Below, one piece after another: positions 1-11,313 of a DNA stretch of 64,000 nucleotides. The DNA comes from an uncultured Thermoleophilia bacterium. GTDB taxonomy: Bacteria > Actinomycetota > Thermoleophilia > Solirubrobacterales > 70-9. A program made the position numbers and the translations under genes. Within the stretch, counting starts at the first letter, position 1, and the number at the start of each line of letters is the position of its first letter. The stretch is taken from the NCBI GenBank assembly GCA_963754225.1, contig CAVWEV010000005.1, positions 282,282 through 346,281 on the forward strand, read 5' to 3'. Below the pieces are notes generated by a model. It ran no database searches and was not told where the DNA came from. It saw nothing but the letters and a program-made list of their open reading frames with translations.

Positions 1-1320
1 GAGGTAGTTCGCAGCGGCCACGATCTCCGGCACGGAGCGGAAGTTGCCGCTCAGGGGCAGTAACTCGGCCTGCTCGTCAGGCTGCTTGCGGATCCGCTCG
101 CGCTCGCGCCGGAACACCCTCAGATCGGCATGACGGAACCCGTAGATCGACTGGAACTCGTCTCCGACCGAGAACACGCGCGTCTCCGGGCCCGTGAGCA
201 GGCGCACGAGCTCGAGCTGGACCTCGTTGGTGTCCTGGAACTCGTCCACCATCACATGGCGGAAGCGCTCCGTGTAGAGGGCGGCGACCGCGGAGTGCTC
301 GCGCAGCAGGCGCACCGCCTCGAGCTGGAGGTCCTCGAAGTCGAGCCCCGAGCGCTCCTGCTTGAGCTCTGCGAAGCGCCGCCCGAACCCGCGCACGAGC
401 TCCGACAGGTGGAGGTACAGGTGCGCCGTGTCGCGCTCGACCAGCGCCCGGCGCGCCGCCCTCCACGCCTCCCGGTAGCGGCGGCACGCGGGCCCCGCGA
501 ACGACTTGGCGCCGGAGCTGAGCTCCAGCACGGCGAGCTGCGCCTCGTCGGGGACGGAGTCCGGGTCGAGCCGCGACGCCTCCGCGATGCGGTCGAGGTT
601 GGCGCCGGCGCGCGAGTCCGCACACTCCTCGAGCGCCGCTCGCGCGGCCTCGACGAGCTCGCGCAGCGCCGCCGCCGGGTCCGGCGGCGGGGGCTGCGGG
701 AGGGCGGCGACCGCGAGGCCCAGGCTGCGGAGCTCGTCGTGGGCCGTTCGCACGAGAGCGCGCAGCGACCCGGGGCCGATCGCCGCGACGAGCCGCGCCG
801 CGTCGGGGTCGGCTCCCCCGAGCAGGTCCTCGAGGGCGTCGTCGAACGCGCGCGCGGCGACCCGCTCTGCCTCGGGCTCGTCGAGCACGCGGAACCGGGG
901 GTCGAGGCCCAGGGCGACGGGATGGGAGGCGAGCAGGCGCCGGCAGAAACCGTGGATCGTCGAGATCAACGCCCGCTCGCTGTCGCGGCTCATCTGCGCG
1001 AGCGCCGCGGCGCTCTCCTGCTCGCCCCGATCCGCTGCGCCCGCGGCGCGCGCTCCGAGCTCGGTCCGGATCCGATGGCGCAGCTCCGCCGCCGCCCGGT
1101 CGGTGAACGTGAAGGCGAGGATCGCGTCGATCCCACCCAGCTCCTCGGCGGCCGCGCAGTAGCGCTCCACGAGCACGCGGGTCTTGCCGGTGCCCGCGCC
1201 CGCCTCGAGGAGCACGTCGCGATCCCTGGCCTCGATCGCGCGGATCTGCTCGGGGGTCGGCACGCGGTCGACGTCCTGGGCGCCCGGCCCCTCTCCGAGT
1301 TGCAATTGCGCGCCGATCAA
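1..1320 (-). CDS. UvrD/AddA-type ATP-dependent DNA helicase, N-terminal part (continues beyond window start)
   Basis: Absent from the ORF track because it is open at the window edge. My reverse-strand translation from TTG at 1320 gives PTPEQIRAIEARDRDVLLEAGAGTGKTRVLVERY (Walker A), STIHGFCRRLL, VMVDEFQDTN (DExQ box) and GDEFQSIYGFRHAD. The start overlaps the upstream stop (GTTGA). Confidence 0.8.
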   Translation of the reverse strand, partial: MIGAQLQLGEGPGAQDVDRVPTPEQIRAIEARDRDVLLEAGAGTGKTRVLVERYCAAAEELGGIDAILAFTFTDRAAAELRHRIRTELGARAAGAADRGEQESAAALAQMSRDSERALISTIHGFCRRLLASHPVALGLDPRFRVLDEPEAERVAARAFDDALEDLLGGADPDAARLVAAIGPGSLRALVRTAHDELRSLGLAVAALPQPPPPDPAAALRELVEAARAALEECADSRAGANLDRIAEASRLDPDSVPDEAQLAVLELSSGAKSFAGPACRRYREAWRAARRALVERDTAHLYLHLSELVRGFGRRFAELKQERSGLDFEDLQLEAVRLLREHSAVAALYTERFRHVMVDEFQDTNEVQLELVRLLTGPETRVFSVGDEFQSIYGFRHADLRVFRRERERIRKQPDEQAELLPLSGNFRSVPEIVAAANYL

Positions 1321-4300
1321 CCCGCCTGCTCCTCCTCGTCCTCCTCGTCGATGACCGGGGCGGGCGCCAGGCCCGCGGCGCGCTCGCGCCGGCAGATCGC
1401 CTGGAAGGTGCAGAAGCTCGGGCAGCGGTCGTCGATCGGGTCGCGGCTCGATCCGGCCCGCGCGCATCGCGGCGACGATCTCCGTGCGCCCGCGCGGCGG
1501 CGGCGTCGAGCGCGGCCTCGAACTCGTCGGCGTCGAGCAGGTCGTTCGCGTACAGCGGCAGTCCGTCCAGCAGGCCGTCGCGCTCGTCGCCCCTGAGCAG
1601 CCCCCGCGGGCGCCGATCGTCGGTCGCGGCGAGCGGCTCGTAGACGCCCCCGAGCGGCTCGATGTCCCATAGGTCGGGCGAGCGCTAGCGCGTACAGCTG
1701 CAGCTGCAGCTTTCCCTCGTCCGCGAGCTTGGCGGCCGGGGTGACGGTCCGCGATGCCTTGTAGTCCCGGATCAGCCCGGCGCTCCGCCCCGGCCGCGAC
1801 GTCGACCCGGTCGATCTGTCCGTGCAAGCCGAAGCCGCCGAGGTCGAGCGGGGGACGTGCGTCCTCGGGGCCGTCCCCGAAGCTCGCCTCGAGCAGCTCC
1901 GGGTCGGGCCGCAGCGGAGACTCCGTCCGCGCCTCGCGCTCGAGGAAGCCGCCGACGAGCGCCTCGATCCGCGCCCGGGAGGTGGCGCCCCGGGCGTCGC
2001 CGGCGCCCAGTCCGGCGTCGGGTGCGAGCTCGCCCACCAGCTCGGCGGCGCGACTCCGCCACGCCGCCAGGGTCGCGGGCCGCGGCAGCGGGTCGGGTCC
2101 CGGCGGCTCGCGGTACAGCCGCTCCAGCACGCCGTGGATGACCGAGCCCTGGAGCAGCGGGTCGGGGTCGGGGTCCAGCCCGCGCGGGCCGCAGCTCGTG
2201 GTCGACGAACCAGCGGTAGGAGCACAGCGCGTAGTCCTCGAGGGTCGAGGCCCCGAACAGCTGTCGTCCCTGAGCGCCTCGATCACCGCGGGCACCTGGA
2301 GCGGGCCCGGGAGCGCGCGCGAGCGCTCCGCGGCCACCTCGAGGCGGCGCTGCAGCGACTCGCGGAGCGCCTCCGGGATGTCGAGATCCGGCGGGATCTC
2401 GACGCCGTTGCGCCGCTGCCGGGCGGCGCAGGGCGCGGGCGAGCTCGTCCGGGCTCGGGGCGTCTGCCGGCTCGACGGTGACCTCGCCGAGCGTGCGGCG
2501 CCGGACCTCGGAGTCCAGCGGGTCGGTCTCGCCGGACCGGGGAGGCGCTGGAGAAAGCAGGTCGCGGACGTCGTCGAGCAACGGGGACCGTGAGGCGGCG
2601 GCGCCCTCGTCGTCGCAGCTGCGCCAGCAGAGGTGGAGGCGCTCGGCGGGTCGCGAGAGGCAGACGTAGAACAGGTAACGCTCCTCGTCGTCCGGCTCCG
2701 CGCGGGGCGGCAAGCCCGAGCTCGGCCCGCCCTTCGTCGGACAGCAGCGGTTCGCCCGGATCGTGGCGTGGGAACTCCCCTTCCTGGAGCGAGGCGACGA
2801 ACAGGTGACGAGCCCGGCGAGCCCTGATCCGGTAGGGGCTGGTCACGCGCACATGGCCGTCGCTGGGGCCGCGCCACAGTGCGACGTCGAGGGCCTCGAG
2901 ACACGCGAGAGCCTCCCCGGGCCCGCCTCGATGCCGGGGACCTCCGCCAGCTCCTCGAGCGCGCTCGCCGCGGTTGCCGCCGCGCGCAGCTCGAGCCGGC
3001 GCTCGCGCGCCGGCCGAGGCGCGCGTGCGCTCGTAGGGGTACTCGGCGAGCATGCGCGCAAGGTCGGGCGACCGCTCGCAGCAGCTCGCGCGCGTCGGTT
3101 GCGTCCCGCAGGTCGCGAAGCTCGAACAGCTCGCGTCCGCGCCACGCCTCGAGCGCGTCGTCGGCGCCGCGCAGCCTCCCGCGGCGGATCGCTCGCTCGA
3201 GCCAGTCGGTCGCGTCCGGCCACGCCCGACCGGGCGTGCGCAGGAAAGCGAGGACGTCGTCGGCCGACCGCGAGCCGAAGCCGGCTCGCAGCAGCGCGAG
3301 CAGGCCTCTGCCGACCGCCGTGCGCGCGAGCGGAACACGCGCTTCGACCGCGGCCGGGATCCCGAGTGCGGCCAGCACCTGCTCGTAGAGCGGGCCCTCG
3401 CGGTCCGGCGCGCGCAGCACCACGGCGATCTCGTCCGGGCTCTCGCCGGCGGCGAGGAGGCGGGCGATCTCGCCACCGATCTGCTCCGCCTGGCCGCGCT
3501 CGCCGGCCGCCTCCATCAGCACCAGCCCGGGGTCAACGGGCAGTCGGCTCGCGCCCTCGCGCAGGAACCCGCGCTCGAGGTGGAACAGCACCTCGCTGTG
3601 GGTGTTGGCCGGGTTCGGCTCGCACCGCTCGGTGACCTCGCCGCCCCGCTGCCGAAGCTCTTCGCGCAGCGACGCCCGCGCCGCGAGCGCGTCGCGGTCC
3701 TCGAAGGTGACCGCGGCGGTGACGTCGGCGGCGGCGGCGAGGGCGCCGACCAGCTCGAGCTGCTCGACGGTCATGTCGTCGAAGCCATAGAGCAGGACCG
3801 GCCGGGATCCCCACGCGCCGGGATGCGCGCGCAGCGCCGCGGTCGCCTCCGCGGCCGTGACATGCGTGTCTCCCAGCCCCAGCGCGTCGCGCAGCTCGAC
3901 GTAGGCGCGGTAAAGCGCCGCGAGCTCGGCCAGGTATCCGCGCGCCGCCGGCCGCCGCGCGCTCCTCCGACCGTTCGCCGGATCGAGGCCGGTCGACTGC
4001 GAGCTCCTCGATCAGCGCGCTCGAGCGCGGGCGCGAAGCCGCGGTGGCGCGCCGAGCGCGCCAGCGCGTGCGAGCCGGTCTTCGCGATCGCGCGCCGGAC
4101 GAGGTGGCAGCGCGCTGGGCGGTCGGTCAGGGGCGGACGGCCGGCGCCGCCGGTGGCCCGCGCAACCTCGTCGAACAGTCGCTCGAAGGTGAGGATCGAG
4201 ACACCGAGGACCGGCGCCGCCGCGTCGCACAGCTCGCGCTCGAAGCGCGAGGCGTCGTCGAGGGTCGGCACGACGAGCACCGGGTCGCGACCCAGCGCCG

Positions 4301-4370
4301 CCGCCAGGCGCTCCCGGATCTCCCCCGCGCGGCCCGAGTTCGGCGGCCCGACGATCAGCGACAGGGACAT
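1317..4370 (-). CDS. AddB-like helicase-nuclease subunit (degenerate Walker A N-terminus, RecB-family nuclease C-terminus); frame disrupted
   Basis: N-terminus MSLSLIVGPPNSGRAGEI..VLVVPTLDDASRFEREL. Internal VFVASLQEGEFPRH and EERYLFYVCLSRPAERLHL. C-terminus GLIRDYKASRTV..GKLQLQLYALAL..DDRCPSFCTFQAIC (nuclease motif plus Cys cluster). The sensible reading hops between track ORFs 3771..4388, 2283..3476, 1772..2713 and 1317..2225. Confidence 0.7.
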
Positions 4371-4462
4371 GCGCCCAGCATAGGTCACGCCTGCGGCGTG
4401 GTTCCGTCGGACGGCGACTCTATCTTTGGCCGCGCGCGAACAAGTCGAAACCAGGCACCCTC

Positions 4463-4919
4463 ATGCCCCTCTGCTTCATCGACCCCGCCGACGCGATCCG
4501 CGCGATCGCCGACTCGGTCGGCCGCGAGGCCCGCCGCCAGCTGCTCGGCGAGGCGGTGCGCGCCTGGGTCGACGAGATCCCCGACGACGAGCTCGAGGCC
4601 CACTACGCGAAGGCGATCTCCGAGCTCGACGAGCACGACATCTCGATGCTCGCCGCCTGGCACGCCTCGCTCGACGTCGGCCACCCGGTGCCCAACCGCG
4701 ACTTCCTGATGGGCGCGTTCTCCTCGCTCGGCGAGCACCGGCGCGAGGCGCTGAAGCTCGCCGCCGGCTTCCGCGGCGAGGAGGCGGTCGACCGCGGCGT
4801 CACCGAGGAGCGGGCGCTCGAGACCGTGCTCGGGTGGCTCTCCGCCGCCGCGGCTGATGGAGCTCGCCGTCGAGGCGGTCGAGCTCTACGTCTGGGACCG
4901 CGGCGGCTCCGAGAACTAG
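4463..4919 (+). CDS. hypothetical protein
   Basis: Track ORF 4463..5038 has coding-like composition for about 130 aa (MPLCFIDPADAIRAIADSV..GVTEERALETVLGWLSAAA). The likely true end is ..ELAVEAVELYVWDRGGSEN* after a frame change near 4850. No family recognised. Confidence 0.4.
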
Positions 4920-5580
4920 CGTCCGTCGCGCCTCGAGCGCCGAGCGGCCGCCTGCGGATCTCGCGGGATCGCCTGCTCGTTGTCGCGGAAGTGGACCGGC
5001 GCGCATTCCCGAGCTCGCCGCGCGCGCGTCGCAGTTGACCTCGACGTCGTCGACGAACAGGCACTCCGGCGGCGCCACGTCGCCCGAGCCGCTCCAGGGT
5101 CAGCTCGTAGATCTCGCGGCTCGGGCTTGCGCATGCCGACGAAGGCCGAGTCGACGACCAGCTCGAAGATCTCGTCGACCGGCAGCATCGAGCGCCACAG
5201 CGGCTCCCACTCGCGGACGTTGTTGGTCAGCAGCGCCATCCGGTAGCCGCGCCGCTTCAGGTCGCGCATCAGCTCGATCATCGGCTCGTTGGGGTCGAGC
5301 GCCTCGAAGTAGATCTCGCTGAAGCGGTGCAGCTCGGGCCGGTGGCCGAGCTCGGGCTCGAGCTCGTCGCGCAGCAGCTCGAGGAAGTCGACCTCGGTGA
5401 TCCGCCCCTGCTCGAGCTCGAACAGCGGGTGCGCGCCGTTGCGCTCGGCGGCCGCGCTGCATCGCCTTGCCGAGCGCCTCGAACGAGATCCCGGTCTCGT
5501 CCTGGAAGGCCACGAACGAGCGCAGCAGCGGCGTCGTCAGCACGCCGCCGAAGTCCGAGATCACCGCGCGGATCGGCATC
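4916..5580 (-). CDS. HAD-superfamily hydrolase; frame disrupted
   Basis: MPIRAVISDFGGVLTTPLL (HAD motif I-like), LMRDLKRRGYRMALLTNN, DSAFVGMRKPEP and ECLFVDDVEVNCDAA (motifs III/IV). The pieces lie in track ORFs 5100..6302, 4916..5281 and 4800..5078, so at least two frame changes are needed. Confidence 0.7.
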
Positions 5581-5602
5581 GGGGTGATTCGCGGACTACT
5601 CG

Positions 5603-6457
5603 GCGGGCGCGTGTCGATGTCGTAACTCGCCGTACCCGGAGCACCGTCGAGAGTGAAGCGCAGGAATGCCGTCTTCAGTTGACCGAAGTCGGACGCGGAG
5701 GGGCCGAGCAGGGTGCCGGCGCCGCGCAGCGGCGCGGTGTCTTCCTCCGCCGCCCACAGCTCGAGCCCGGCGCGGCGATGAGCGCCGCTCGCGTCGTACT
5801 CGGTGGACAGAAGCGGCTCCTCGAAGCTGGTCAACGCACCCTCGGAGTCGAGCAGAACCGCGCTGGCTGCCTCCTCGCCGTGGCCGGCGGCGCCTCGAGG
5901 CCGCGCCGACGCCATGACGAGCAGCGAGCCGTCGTCGAGCACCCCGGTCAGCGAGCGGATCAGCTCGATTCGGGCCCAGTCCGGCGCTGCCGGAGGTGCG
6001 GACGAGCCGGCCCAACTGGTCGATCCGGCGGCGCGTCGCCGGCCGGCGTCCGCAGCTCGCCGGTGACCTGCGACCGCGAACGCCTCGTGGATCTGGCCCG
6101 TCGCGTCAGCGAACGGCGATCCCGCTTCGAGCGTCACCCCGGCCACCCTCGTGGCCTCGAGCTCGAGCTCGCCCGCCTCGCCGCTCAACGACACCGCGGT
6201 TCGCTCTCCGTCGTCTGATACGCGAAGGTCGCCCAGCTCGATCGAGTCCCAGTCGGAGGGAACATCGGCGTCGAGCTCTCGAGTCGTCCACGGTTGCGAC
6301 ATCCGCCGTCAAGCACGATCTCCACCGCGCGTGCGCGCCCGGCGTCGACTCGCAGCTCGACGAGGACCAGCGCGGCGGTCCCGCTCTCGGGGTCCGCGAA
6401 GTCGATGCTCAGCGAGTCGGAGAACCCCTCGCCGTCACGCCGTACCGGGAGGCTCAC
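5603..6457 (-). CDS. hypothetical protein; frame uncertain
   Basis: GTG start overlapping the fxsA stop (GTGA), giving VSLPVRRDGEGFSDSLSIDFADPESGTAALVLVELRVD.. This continues as ..SQPWTTRELDADVPSDWDSIELGDLRVSDDGERTAVSL.. in track ORF 5100..6302. The end is inferred from an out-of-frame TAG near 5603. No family recognised. Confidence 0.35.
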
Positions 6458-6983
6458 GGCGGCAGCGTCGGTCGGGTGCCCTCGCCGGGCGCCGGCTCGT
6501 CGGGCACCTCGCGGGCTGTTCCATCCACGTCGTAGGGGCGCTCGGGCTCGGGTGGACCGGGACGGCCGCGGCGCCGTCCGGCCGCGCGATCGGCGGTCCA
6601 GAACACGACGCGCTGCCCCATGCTGAAGCGCCGCAGCGCGACCAGCGTCAGCCCGCGGCGGACGACCGCGCGGGTCGGCGGGGATGAGCAGCATGAGGCC
6701 GAAGATGTCGGTGATGAAGCCGGGCGTGAGCAGCAGCGCGCCGCCGAAGATGACCATCACGCCGTCGAACGTCTCGCGATGGGGCACGCGGCCCTCGGCC
6801 AGCGCGAGGTTGAAGCGCCGCCACGCGGCGCGTCCCTGGTGGCGCAGCAGCATGGCGCCGAGCACGCCGTCGAGCAGCAGCAGGCGCGATCGTCGGCAGC
6901 GCGCCGATCCACTCGCCGACGCGGATGATCACGTACAGCTCGGCGAGCGGGACGACGATGAACAGCAGCACGAGCAGGAACAC
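6455..6983 (-). CDS. fxsA: FxsA-family cytoplasmic membrane protein; frame disrupted
   Basis: MFLLVLLFIVVPLAELYVIIRVGEWIGALPTI (track 6648..6983), then GAMLLRHQGRAAWRRFNLALAEGRVPHRETFDGVMVIFGGALLLTPGFITDIFGLMLLIP (track 6185..6865). This is the typical FxsA signature. At least two frame changes are needed. Confidence 0.7.
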
Positions 6984-7037
6984 GCACCAAAGCGTAGCCC
7001 GCCCGGACTTCCCTCTACGACCCTCTACGATTTAGGC

Positions 7038-7334
7038 ATGGCCACCGAAGAAGAGGTCAACGAGGCGCTCGAGGAGGTCATCGACCCCGAGCTGGGGCTC
7101 GATTTCGTCTCGCTCGGCCTCGTCTACGACGTCGAGATCGAGAACGGCGAGGTGTTCATCACCTTCACGCTGACCACGCCCGCGTGCCCGATCGGGCCCC
7201 AGGTCACCGAGCAGATGCGGGAGTTCGTCGGCGAGCTCGACGGGGTCGAGAAGGTCCACCCGAAGATGATCTTCGACCCGCCGTGGTCCCCGGAGATGAT
7301 GACCGAGGACGCGAAGTTCGCGCTGGGGTTCTGA
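7038..7334 (+). CDS. DUF59 / MIP18 (SufT-like) Fe-S assembly family protein
   Basis: MATEEEVNEALEEVIDPELGLDFVSLGLVYDVEIENGEVFITFTLTTPACPIGPQVTEQMREFV..PPWSPEMMTEDAKFALGF*. This is the classic DUF59 layout with the TxxxCP motif. ATG at 7038 lies within track ORF 6684..7334. Confidence 0.85.
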   Translation: MATEEEVNEALEEVIDPELGLDFVSLGLVYDVEIENGEVFITFTLTTPACPIGPQVTEQMREFVGELDGVEKVHPKMIFDPPWSPEMMTEDAKFALGF

Positions 7335-7352
7335 ACGGCTCTAGCAAGCGGC
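7290..7352 (+). repeat. Repeat copy 1: 3' end of the DUF59 gene plus 17-nt flank ACGGCTCTAGCAAGCGG
   Basis: Core ATGATGACCGAGGACGCGAAGTTCGCGCTGGGGTTCTGA (7296-7334) recurs at 18923, 22294 and 39327, and decayed near 42755. Confidence 0.9.
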
Positions 7353-7421
7353 TACCCGTCCCGGGGGTCTCACAACAGGTCTGACACGCCTCTGATCATT
7401 CGGACCCTGTCGCCAGCGACG

Positions 7422-8410
7422 TCAGCCCTGGCGATCGAACCTCGGCTCGAGGGGCATCGTGGCATTCAGCAACGGCGACGGCACGCTCGGATCGTCCTGA
7501 TCGCAGACGAACAGGAAGTCGATTACCCCCGTATCGACCGCCGCGTCCACGCCCTCGACCTTCCAGCGAGGGTCGATCGTGCGCAGCCGTCGGACTTGGC
7601 CGCCGGCGTCGATCGTTCCGACGACCGAGCCGCGAATGTCGCCCTTCTCGGCGCCTTCCGCGGAGGCGGTGAAGCAGATCAACTCGTCCGTGAGCATCGT
7701 CGCGTCAGAGAAGCAGACGGCACGCCGTCAAGGTCGCCGAGCTCGTAGCCGCGCAGCGACCGCAACTCGCCCGGGGTCACTACCAGGTCCTCGGTGAGGG
7801 TTCGCGACAGGTCGGCGAGCTCGAACTCGGCTACCGCGTTGCGTCCGCCTCCCTCGTTGCCACGGTGAAGCAACCAGAGCCGGTCGCGGAGCACCGCCGC
7901 CCCCTCGATGTTGACCTCGCCACCCAACTCCTCGCGGAGCACGTCGTACACGGGTTGGACGTCGATCGTACGGGCGTCGCCCTGAAGCGAGCCGTCCGCG
8001 GCGAAGGAGCAGAAGAAGCCGCGGTCGCGGCTCGGATTCGAGCCCGAGCCGATTCCGAGCAGGCCCCCGTGGGGCTCGCCCTCGACCGGAGGCAGCGCAG
8101 TCAATGCTTCGAGATCCGGCTTGCGCTCGGCGCGCAGCTCGCCGTCCGCGGGCAGGTCGCCCGGCAACACCTTCAGCGCTCGACCCGGCTCGCCCGCGGC
8201 AATCTCGAAGATCGCCACCTGCAGCAGGTCGTCGCCGATCACGTAGACGAAGTCCCCCCTGCGCACGACGCCGGAAGCGGAAGCCACGTGCGCGGGGACA
8301 CCGTCGTCCGGGGGGTCGCGTAGGTCGAGATCGCGCAGCCGCCGGAGCTCGAGCGGCGGGAGGCTTTCGGGCGTGGCGACGCGGTCGTCCGTGTGACCCG
8401 GATCTGCCAT
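7422..8410 (-). CDS. hypothetical protein (possibly beta-propeller-like); one frame change near 7700
   Basis: Strong RBS GGAAGGAGAG before ATG at 8410 (MADPGHTDDRVATPESL..). Track ORF 7679..8470 continues into 7422..7697 (..LCFSDATMLTDELICFTASAEG..). No confident family. Confidence 0.5.
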
Positions 8411-8543
8411 CTTGATCTCTCCTTCCGAGTGGTTGGCGTCTGTGCCTGGACAATGCCGTCTACCCCGCACTTGGATCGAAAAACCCGCACGCGGCGGCGC
8501 TTCGGTTGTGGCTCCAAAACGGCGCTAGACGCGCCATCCACCA

Positions 8544-10162
8544 CTAGCCCCCGCCCCCCGGCAGCCGCTCCCGGCTTCGCTTGATCGCGCGGCCGAGCCC
8601 GTCGGGGATTCGCGAGCGTAGGTCGAGGGCGCCGGCGCCGAGAACGCGGGCCAGGTGGGCGCCGAGGCGCACGAGCTCGAACCGATCGGCAAGCGAGAGG
8701 TCCGAGAGCTCCGCGTCTCCGCTGCGGACCTCGTCGATGTCGTAGCGGCGCTTGGACTCGACGAAGGACATCGTCCGGCGGACGATCTCGTCGTCGAGGC
8801 CGCAGGCGGGCAATCCCTGGTCGAGCCAGGCGATCGCGCTCTGGTAGCCGAGCGCGAAGTCGCTGACGCGCAGCTCGCGGCTGAGAAAGCCGCCGAAGTC
8901 GCCCATGAACTCGCCTGCCAGCAGGCTGCCGACGTCGCCGTCGGAGCTGTCGGCAAGCAGCCAACGGGGAGATCACGTCGATCGCGACGCGCTCCTTGCC
9001 GACCAGCCCGCCGATCTCGCACAGCGCCCGGCGCAGCAGCTCGGTCGGGCTCGCCGTCCGCCGCGTCCGTGCCGTCGTGCCGCGGTGACGCTCGTCGGCG
9101 CGCATCTCCCGCGCGCTCGGACTCGACCTCCTCGAGGAACTCCCGCAGGCTGGACGCCGCCTCGTCGTCGAGCTCGTCGGCGAGCCGATCGGCGAGCCGC
9201 TCGGCCCACTCGATCCGCGAGTTGTCCTTCTCGATCCGGCGCATGTCGTCGAAGAGGCTCTGCTCGGAGAGGATCGCGAGCGCCCGCGAGGCGCCGGTCT
9301 GCCAGCTCGGCTCGGCGTCCGGGATCGCTCCACCTGTCCAGCGAGGCGTTCTCGGAGCGCGGGTCGATGAGGACGATGGACGCCCGTGCGAGTCCTCGTC
9401 GATCCCGTGCAGCGCGCGGCCGGCGGCGATCACGCGCCCGAGCGGCTGCGCGCCGAGCAGGCCGCCGTCCGTGTACCAGAGGTGGCCGGACTCGGGGAAG
9501 TTCTCGATCCCGTGGCTCTCGTAGGCGTCGGCGTCGGGACGGCGGTCGAGCAGCTGCGGCGCGAACCCGCCCGGGCTCGCGGCGGAGGCGAGGACGAAAT
9601 CGAGCGGCGAGCGGCCCTCGGGCTCGAGTCATCTGCTCGCACCCCGCCGCCCGGCTCGAGCTCGAAGCGCCCCCAGTCGGCGTAGGTGGCGCCGGCATCG
9701 GCGCGTCGCGGCGCAGGCCGCGAATCGGATACGTGAGCCCGCGCAGGCCGGTGACCTGGACGTGCAGCGCGATCGTGCGGTTCTGGCGATACTCGATGTC
9801 GTCGGGGTCGGCTCGGCCGGGCCGTCGGGGTCGAGCACCTCCGGTACGCGCTCGCGCAGCTCGTCGAACGAGAGCAGCGACCGGGAGTCGCGTGCTGCGC
9901 AGGAGCGGCAAGCGTCACCCGCTCGACCCAGGCCTCGTGCAGGAGCGCCTCCGGGATCGAGACCCTCGAGCAGCGCGTGCGCGGTGAAGAAGCTCACCAG
10001 CGCGCCGGCGGAGGCGCCGCCGATCGCGTCGACGTGGCCTCCTGACCCTCCTCGGCGTCGAGGTAGCGCGACGGCGACGGCAAGGCCGGCGGCGGCGCCG
10101 GCCTCATAGGCGCCGAGCGAGGCGCCGCCGGAGAGGGTCAGGTAGAAGCGGAGCGGTCGCAT
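8544..10162 (-). CDS. patatin-like phospholipase; frame disrupted
   Basis: MRPLRFYLTLSGGASLGAYEAG (oxyanion GGxxxG), IGGASAGAL (GxSxG) and YTDGGLLGAQPLG (catalytic Asp-Gly) by my translation. C-terminus in track ORF 8544..8906. Pieces are spread over ORFs 9629..10162, 9430..9918, 8525..9433 and 8544..8906. Confidence 0.7.
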
Positions 10163-10292
10163 CGTTCACCAGTAGTACCCGGCTGTAGGCGACTTACGCG
10201 CGACGGCGATGTCGGGCTCGCAGCTTCGGCTCGGATCTGATTTGGCTTTGCAGCCCGGCGGGTTCCAACCCCGCGCGAGCCGGAAAACCTGC

Positions 10293-10421
10293 TCAGAACA
10301 ATCGGATCAGCAGGTTCACCAAGATGGTCAGCGCGATTGAGAGCGCGATTGACCAGACAAGGCAGCCGGGCATGAAGCGCACCTGGGTGCGTTCGCCCGA
10401 TCGCTTCCAGATCGCGATCAT
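10293..10421 (-). CDS. small membrane protein (42 aa), hypothetical
   Basis: Below the track size cutoff. My translation is MIAIWKRSGERTQVRFMPGCLVWSIALSIALTILVNLLIRLF*. It sits directly downstream of the 10435..10635 gene. Confidence 0.3.
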   Translation of the reverse strand: MIAIWKRSGERTQVRFMPGCLVWSIALSIALTILVNLLIRLF

Positions 10422-10434
10422 CTACGGCGTCGCG

Positions 10435-10635
10435 TCAACTTCGAGCGGCCGTCAGAGCGCGACGCAGTGTCCCAACGACGTAGTAGACGGCAAGTGCGAA
10501 GAAGACCCCACCGATCACCGCACGAACCTGCTCGTCCGCCAGCGGGGTCCGCTCGGACACCGGTCCGGCGACGCTCCCGGCAACCTTCTCCCGCCAGCCA
10601 ACAAGTCCCGTCTGAGCAAGCTCAGTGGCGTCCAT
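10435..10635 (-). CDS. small membrane protein, hypothetical
   Basis: Track ORF 10435..10644. ATG at 10635 is preceded by GTGAGGA. One TM segment (VIGGVFFALAVYYVVG). Confidence 0.45.
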   Translation of the reverse strand: MDATELAQTGLVGWREKVAGSVAGPVSERTPLADEQVRAVIGGVFFALAVYYVVGTLRRALTAARS

Positions 10636-10719
10636 CGTCCTCACTTTCGTTCCATCGCGCTCGGTCTGAGACCCCCCGGCCCCTCGGCATCCCGGCAGCC
10701 GGCGGGGCGAGAGTACGCG

Positions 10720-11313
10720 CTACGCCTTCTTAGCCGCCTTGTCAGCGGTCTCGCTCACCGTCTGGACGCTGCTCGCCACGCTGCTCACGCGCTGCCCGAA
10801 CCGATCGGCACGCTTTGCGCCATCGGTAACGGCCCCGGCGATCTTTCGAGCATCGAGATTCTTGAGCTCCTTACCTCGCGGCATCGTCACCCCGAGTACC
10901 TTGCGACGGCGAGAGCGCGCGTTGTTGAGCGCCGCGGCTCCAGCCAATCCGGCAATCGCGACACCACCCGCGATCAGAGGCGTCTTCGCGCGCTTGACGA
11001 AGCCGGCCACACCTTGGGCAGCACTCTGAGCACCTGAAGAGACCGTTTGCGCACCGGAGGACACCGCCCCCGTGACCCCCTCAACCGCGGTCGCTCCGTT
11101 CCCGGAGCGGCTCGAACGCTCCCGCGTGCTTCCGGCAGCCCGCGCGCTCGGCTTCTTTTGCGACGCCTTCCTCTGCGCAGAGCTCCTGCTTTGGCGGGCG
11201 GACCCTCCGCTCGACGAGCGACCACCCGAGCGACCGTTCGAGGCACGCGCCTTCGAGCCGGATTTCGAAGAACCCGACGAACCGCGGCGTTGGGATGTCT
11301 TGGTCTGGGCCAT
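10720..11313 (-). CDS. membrane-anchored protein with Ser/Arg/Lys/Gly-rich disordered N-terminus
   Basis: MAQTKTSQRRGSSGSSKSGSKARASNGRSGGRSSSGG.. followed by TM segment PLIAGGVAIAGLAGAAAL. RBS GAGAGGAAAC before ATG at 11313. The N-terminal style is shared with the genes at 12671..14058 and 14058..15008 and with the tail of 15666..16920. Confidence 0.6.
   Translation of the reverse strand: MAQTKTSQRRGSSGSSKSGSKARASNGRSGGRSSSGGSARQSRSSAQRKASQKKPSARAAGSTRERSSRSGNGATAVEGVTGAVSSGAQTVSSGAQSAAQGVAGFVKRAKTPLIAGGVAIAGLAGAAALNNARSRRRKVLGVTMPRGKELKNLDARKIAGAVTDGAKRADRFGQRVSSVASSVQTVSETADKAAKKA

Noticed and set aside
130-1596. Long + strand ORF (488 aa).
   Set aside because: It is the antisense shadow of the UvrD/AddA-like helicase. 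Its peptide is the Leu/Glu/Arg/His-rich nonsense typical of GC-rich antisense frames, whereas the minus strand gives clean helicase motifs.
7353-7385. Minus-strand GTTGTG-N13-GGGTAG promoter-like match just downstream of the DUF59 gene.
   Set aside because: The -35 match is weak and it would fire antisense into the DUF59 gene. It is more simply explained as part of the conserved repeat flank.
10215-10282. tRNA-like element: a perfect 7-bp acceptor-like stem (GGCTCGC/GCGAGCC) enclosing a 5-bp stem with a 7-nt loop (GCGGG-TTCCAAC-CCCGC).
   Set aside because: It is only about 68 nt long and I could not fold a D-arm or anticodon arm. The T-loop has C where a purine is near-invariant, and there is no CCA. 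It is not a functional tRNA. It could be a tRNA 3'-half remnant or simply a structured leader of the patatin gene; tRNAscan-SE or Infernal would settle it.
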